NCBI GenBank assembly: GCA_963738835.1
Contig: CAVTYH010000001.1
Span: forward strand, 592,071-656,070
Source of the DNA: Pirellulales bacterium
GTDB lineage: Bacteria > Planctomycetota > Planctomycetia > Pirellulales > JADZDJ01
Direction of reading: 5' to 3'
DNA: 64,000 bases
Shown: positions 62,859 through 64,000 of the stretch, one piece after another
How positions within the stretch are numbered: the stretch's first letter is position 1
Layout: each line of letters opens with the position of its first letter
Position numbers and translations under genes: made by a program
The notes under the pieces: generated by a model
What the model saw: the letters and a program-made list of their open reading frames with translations, nothing else
Told to the model about the DNA's origin: nothing
Database searches by the model: none

Positions 62859-63356
62859 ATGCGATCTGTTAGTAAAATCGAATTGTGTTTTTGCGCAATC
62901 TTAGTTTTCTCAGTCGTCGGTTGCAGCGGAAGAACGAAGCCGGCCGCGGCACCAGCCGCTCACCACCATGTTCACGGTCCACATGACGGCGAATTGATTG
63001 AACTGGGGAATGAAGAGTATCACGCTGAGCTGTTTAACGACGACGAGCATGGCGTGGTCACCATCTACATCCTCGATAAAGAGGGCAAGCAACCGGTGCC
63101 CATTACCGAGGAAGCGATCACCATAAACATGAAGTCGGGAGCCGGTGTCGCAGAGTTTCGATTGCCTTCCAAACCGCAGGAAAGCGACTCGCCAGGGAAG
63201 TCGTCCAGGTTTGAATCGGACCAAAAAGATTTGAGGTTGGCCTTGGATAACCCAGAGGCCGTCCGGGAGTTACACGTGAAGATCGACGGCAAGACGTATG
63301 CGGAAAAGTTTCCCTATTATGAACCGGAGCAGCACCATCACGACGCAAATCATTAA
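62859..63356 (+). CDS. His-rich lipoprotein, hypothetical
   Basis: ATG 62859 MRSVSKIELCFCAILVFSVVGCSG (lipobox VVGC). AAHHHVHGPHDGE near the mature N-terminus and EQHHHDANH at the C-terminus. Confidence 0.6.
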   Translation: MRSVSKIELCFCAILVFSVVGCSGRTKPAAAPAAHHHVHGPHDGELIELGNEEYHAELFNDDEHGVVTIYILDKEGKQPVPITEEAITINMKSGAGVAEFRLPSKPQESDSPGKSSRFESDQKDLRLALDNPEAVRELHVKIDGKTYAEKFPYYEPEQHHHDANH

Positions 63357-63512
63357 AGGACAGTGATTTGCGTCACGAATATCGGCTCGGCAAGCCGCCA
63401 ATTATCGTGCGCCAGGAAAAACCGCAACTTTTACCCTCATTGTTAGCGGTTCATTGGTGGGGCGGGGCAGAGAAAAACGTTTGAAAATATTTCTGCTGGG
63501 TCGAAAAAGTCG

Positions 63513-63540
63513 TTGCAATTGGCTCAGTCGCTTTTATAAT
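63513..63540 (+). promoter_or_regulatory. putative sigma70-type promoter upstream of the sigma-54 activator gene
   Basis: TTGCAA (63513-63518) - 16 nt - TATAAT (63535-63540). Confidence 0.3.
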
Positions 63541-63723
63541 CGGGGGTGATCTTGAGGTCGAAGGAGCGGGAGTAAGTAGGCACAACTCTTTTCCACCTCG
63601 TGAACCCAAATTCACCGTGAAGTGCTAATGAGATGATTTCGAGCAAGAGTGTTTAGGCACACTTGCGGTACTTTGGTCGACGACGTGCAACAAGGGCAGG
63701 CGACGACCACCAAGTCACACACC

Positions 63724-64000
63724 ATGACGATCACCACGAACAAATGTGCGGCCCCCTCGGCAGTCCTTTCGGACATGCCCAGTGACGAAGCTTTGGATTG
63801 GGTGGTCGGAACGAATCCTGTCGTGCGTCGCATCGCTCATCACGCCCAGCGGGCTGCCGAAGTGCAATGCCCGGTTCTCATTTGTGGCGAGACAGGGACC
63901 GGTAAGGAGCTTTTAGCGCGTCGTCTGCACTTGACGGGTCCCCGCGTAAGCAGCCGTTTGTTCCGGTGAATTGTGCCGCGCTGACGGCCACGCTGGCAGA
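63724..64000 (+). CDS. sigma-54-dependent transcriptional activator (AAA+), 3' end outside window; 1 frame change
   Basis: CPVLICGETGTGKELLARRLH (Walker A) in ORF 63649..63969. The expected continuation QPFVPVNCAALTATLA is in the next frame from about 63950. Confidence 0.75.

Overview
64-kb chromosomal segment, moderately GC-rich by eye. Gene content looks planctomycete (Pirellulales-type): two DUF1559 / H-X9-DG prepilin-like proteins, a BlaI-BlaR1 pair, PEP-CTERM/exosortase machinery and LpxI. Content in order: (1) 1-2.8 kb is a restriction-modification-like island with a C5 DNA methyltransferase (5' end outside window), a controller-like XRE HTH, a GIY-YIG nuclease and Vsr. (2) 2.8-3.6 kb is a repeat-dense non-coding stretch. 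(3) 3.6-10.6 kb holds a secreted protein, a GAF-PP2C phosphatase, tRNA-Leu(GAG), a beta-carbonic anhydrase, a membrane glycerophosphodiesterase and a ThrE-type exporter. (4) 10.8-39.5 kb is a large exosortase-linked exopolysaccharide locus. On the minus strand it has exosortase, a Wzc-like tyrosine autokinase and EpsI. Divergent from these on the plus strand are a Wza-like exporter, a NusG paralogue, a DegT aminotransferase, a membrane SDR epimerase/dehydratase, a PIG-L deacetylase, a VOC protein, an FkbH-ACP-acyltransferase trio, a priming sugar-phosphate transferase, an LbH acyltransferase-ACP-LbH acyltransferase set, Wzx, Wzy, three GT4 glycosyltransferases and three methyltransferases. The locus ends with a PEP-CTERM-tagged S1 protease carrying dockerin repeats. 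(5) 39.4-49.9 kb holds two DUF1559 proteins, tadA, a large secreted protein and nucleotide-sugar genes (UDP-GlcA 4-epimerase-like, fcl, gmd, uxs). (6) 50.7-64 kb holds mgtE, BlaI plus a BlaR1-type protease whose C-terminal part is a Wza-like polysaccharide-export domain, ftsH, dxr, rseP, a YdeI-like gene, lpxD, lpxI, a His-rich lipoprotein and a sigma-54 activator (3' end outside window). I saw no rRNA, CRISPR array, transposase or integrase. Key caveat: about 25 genes, including essential ftsH and rseP, are split over 2-4 reading frames. Where I traced the breaks they sit in homopolymer or CG-repeat runs. I therefore treat them as assembly indel errors, give merged gene coordinates and do not call pseudogenes. 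All calls come from reading motifs in the translations; no searches were run.
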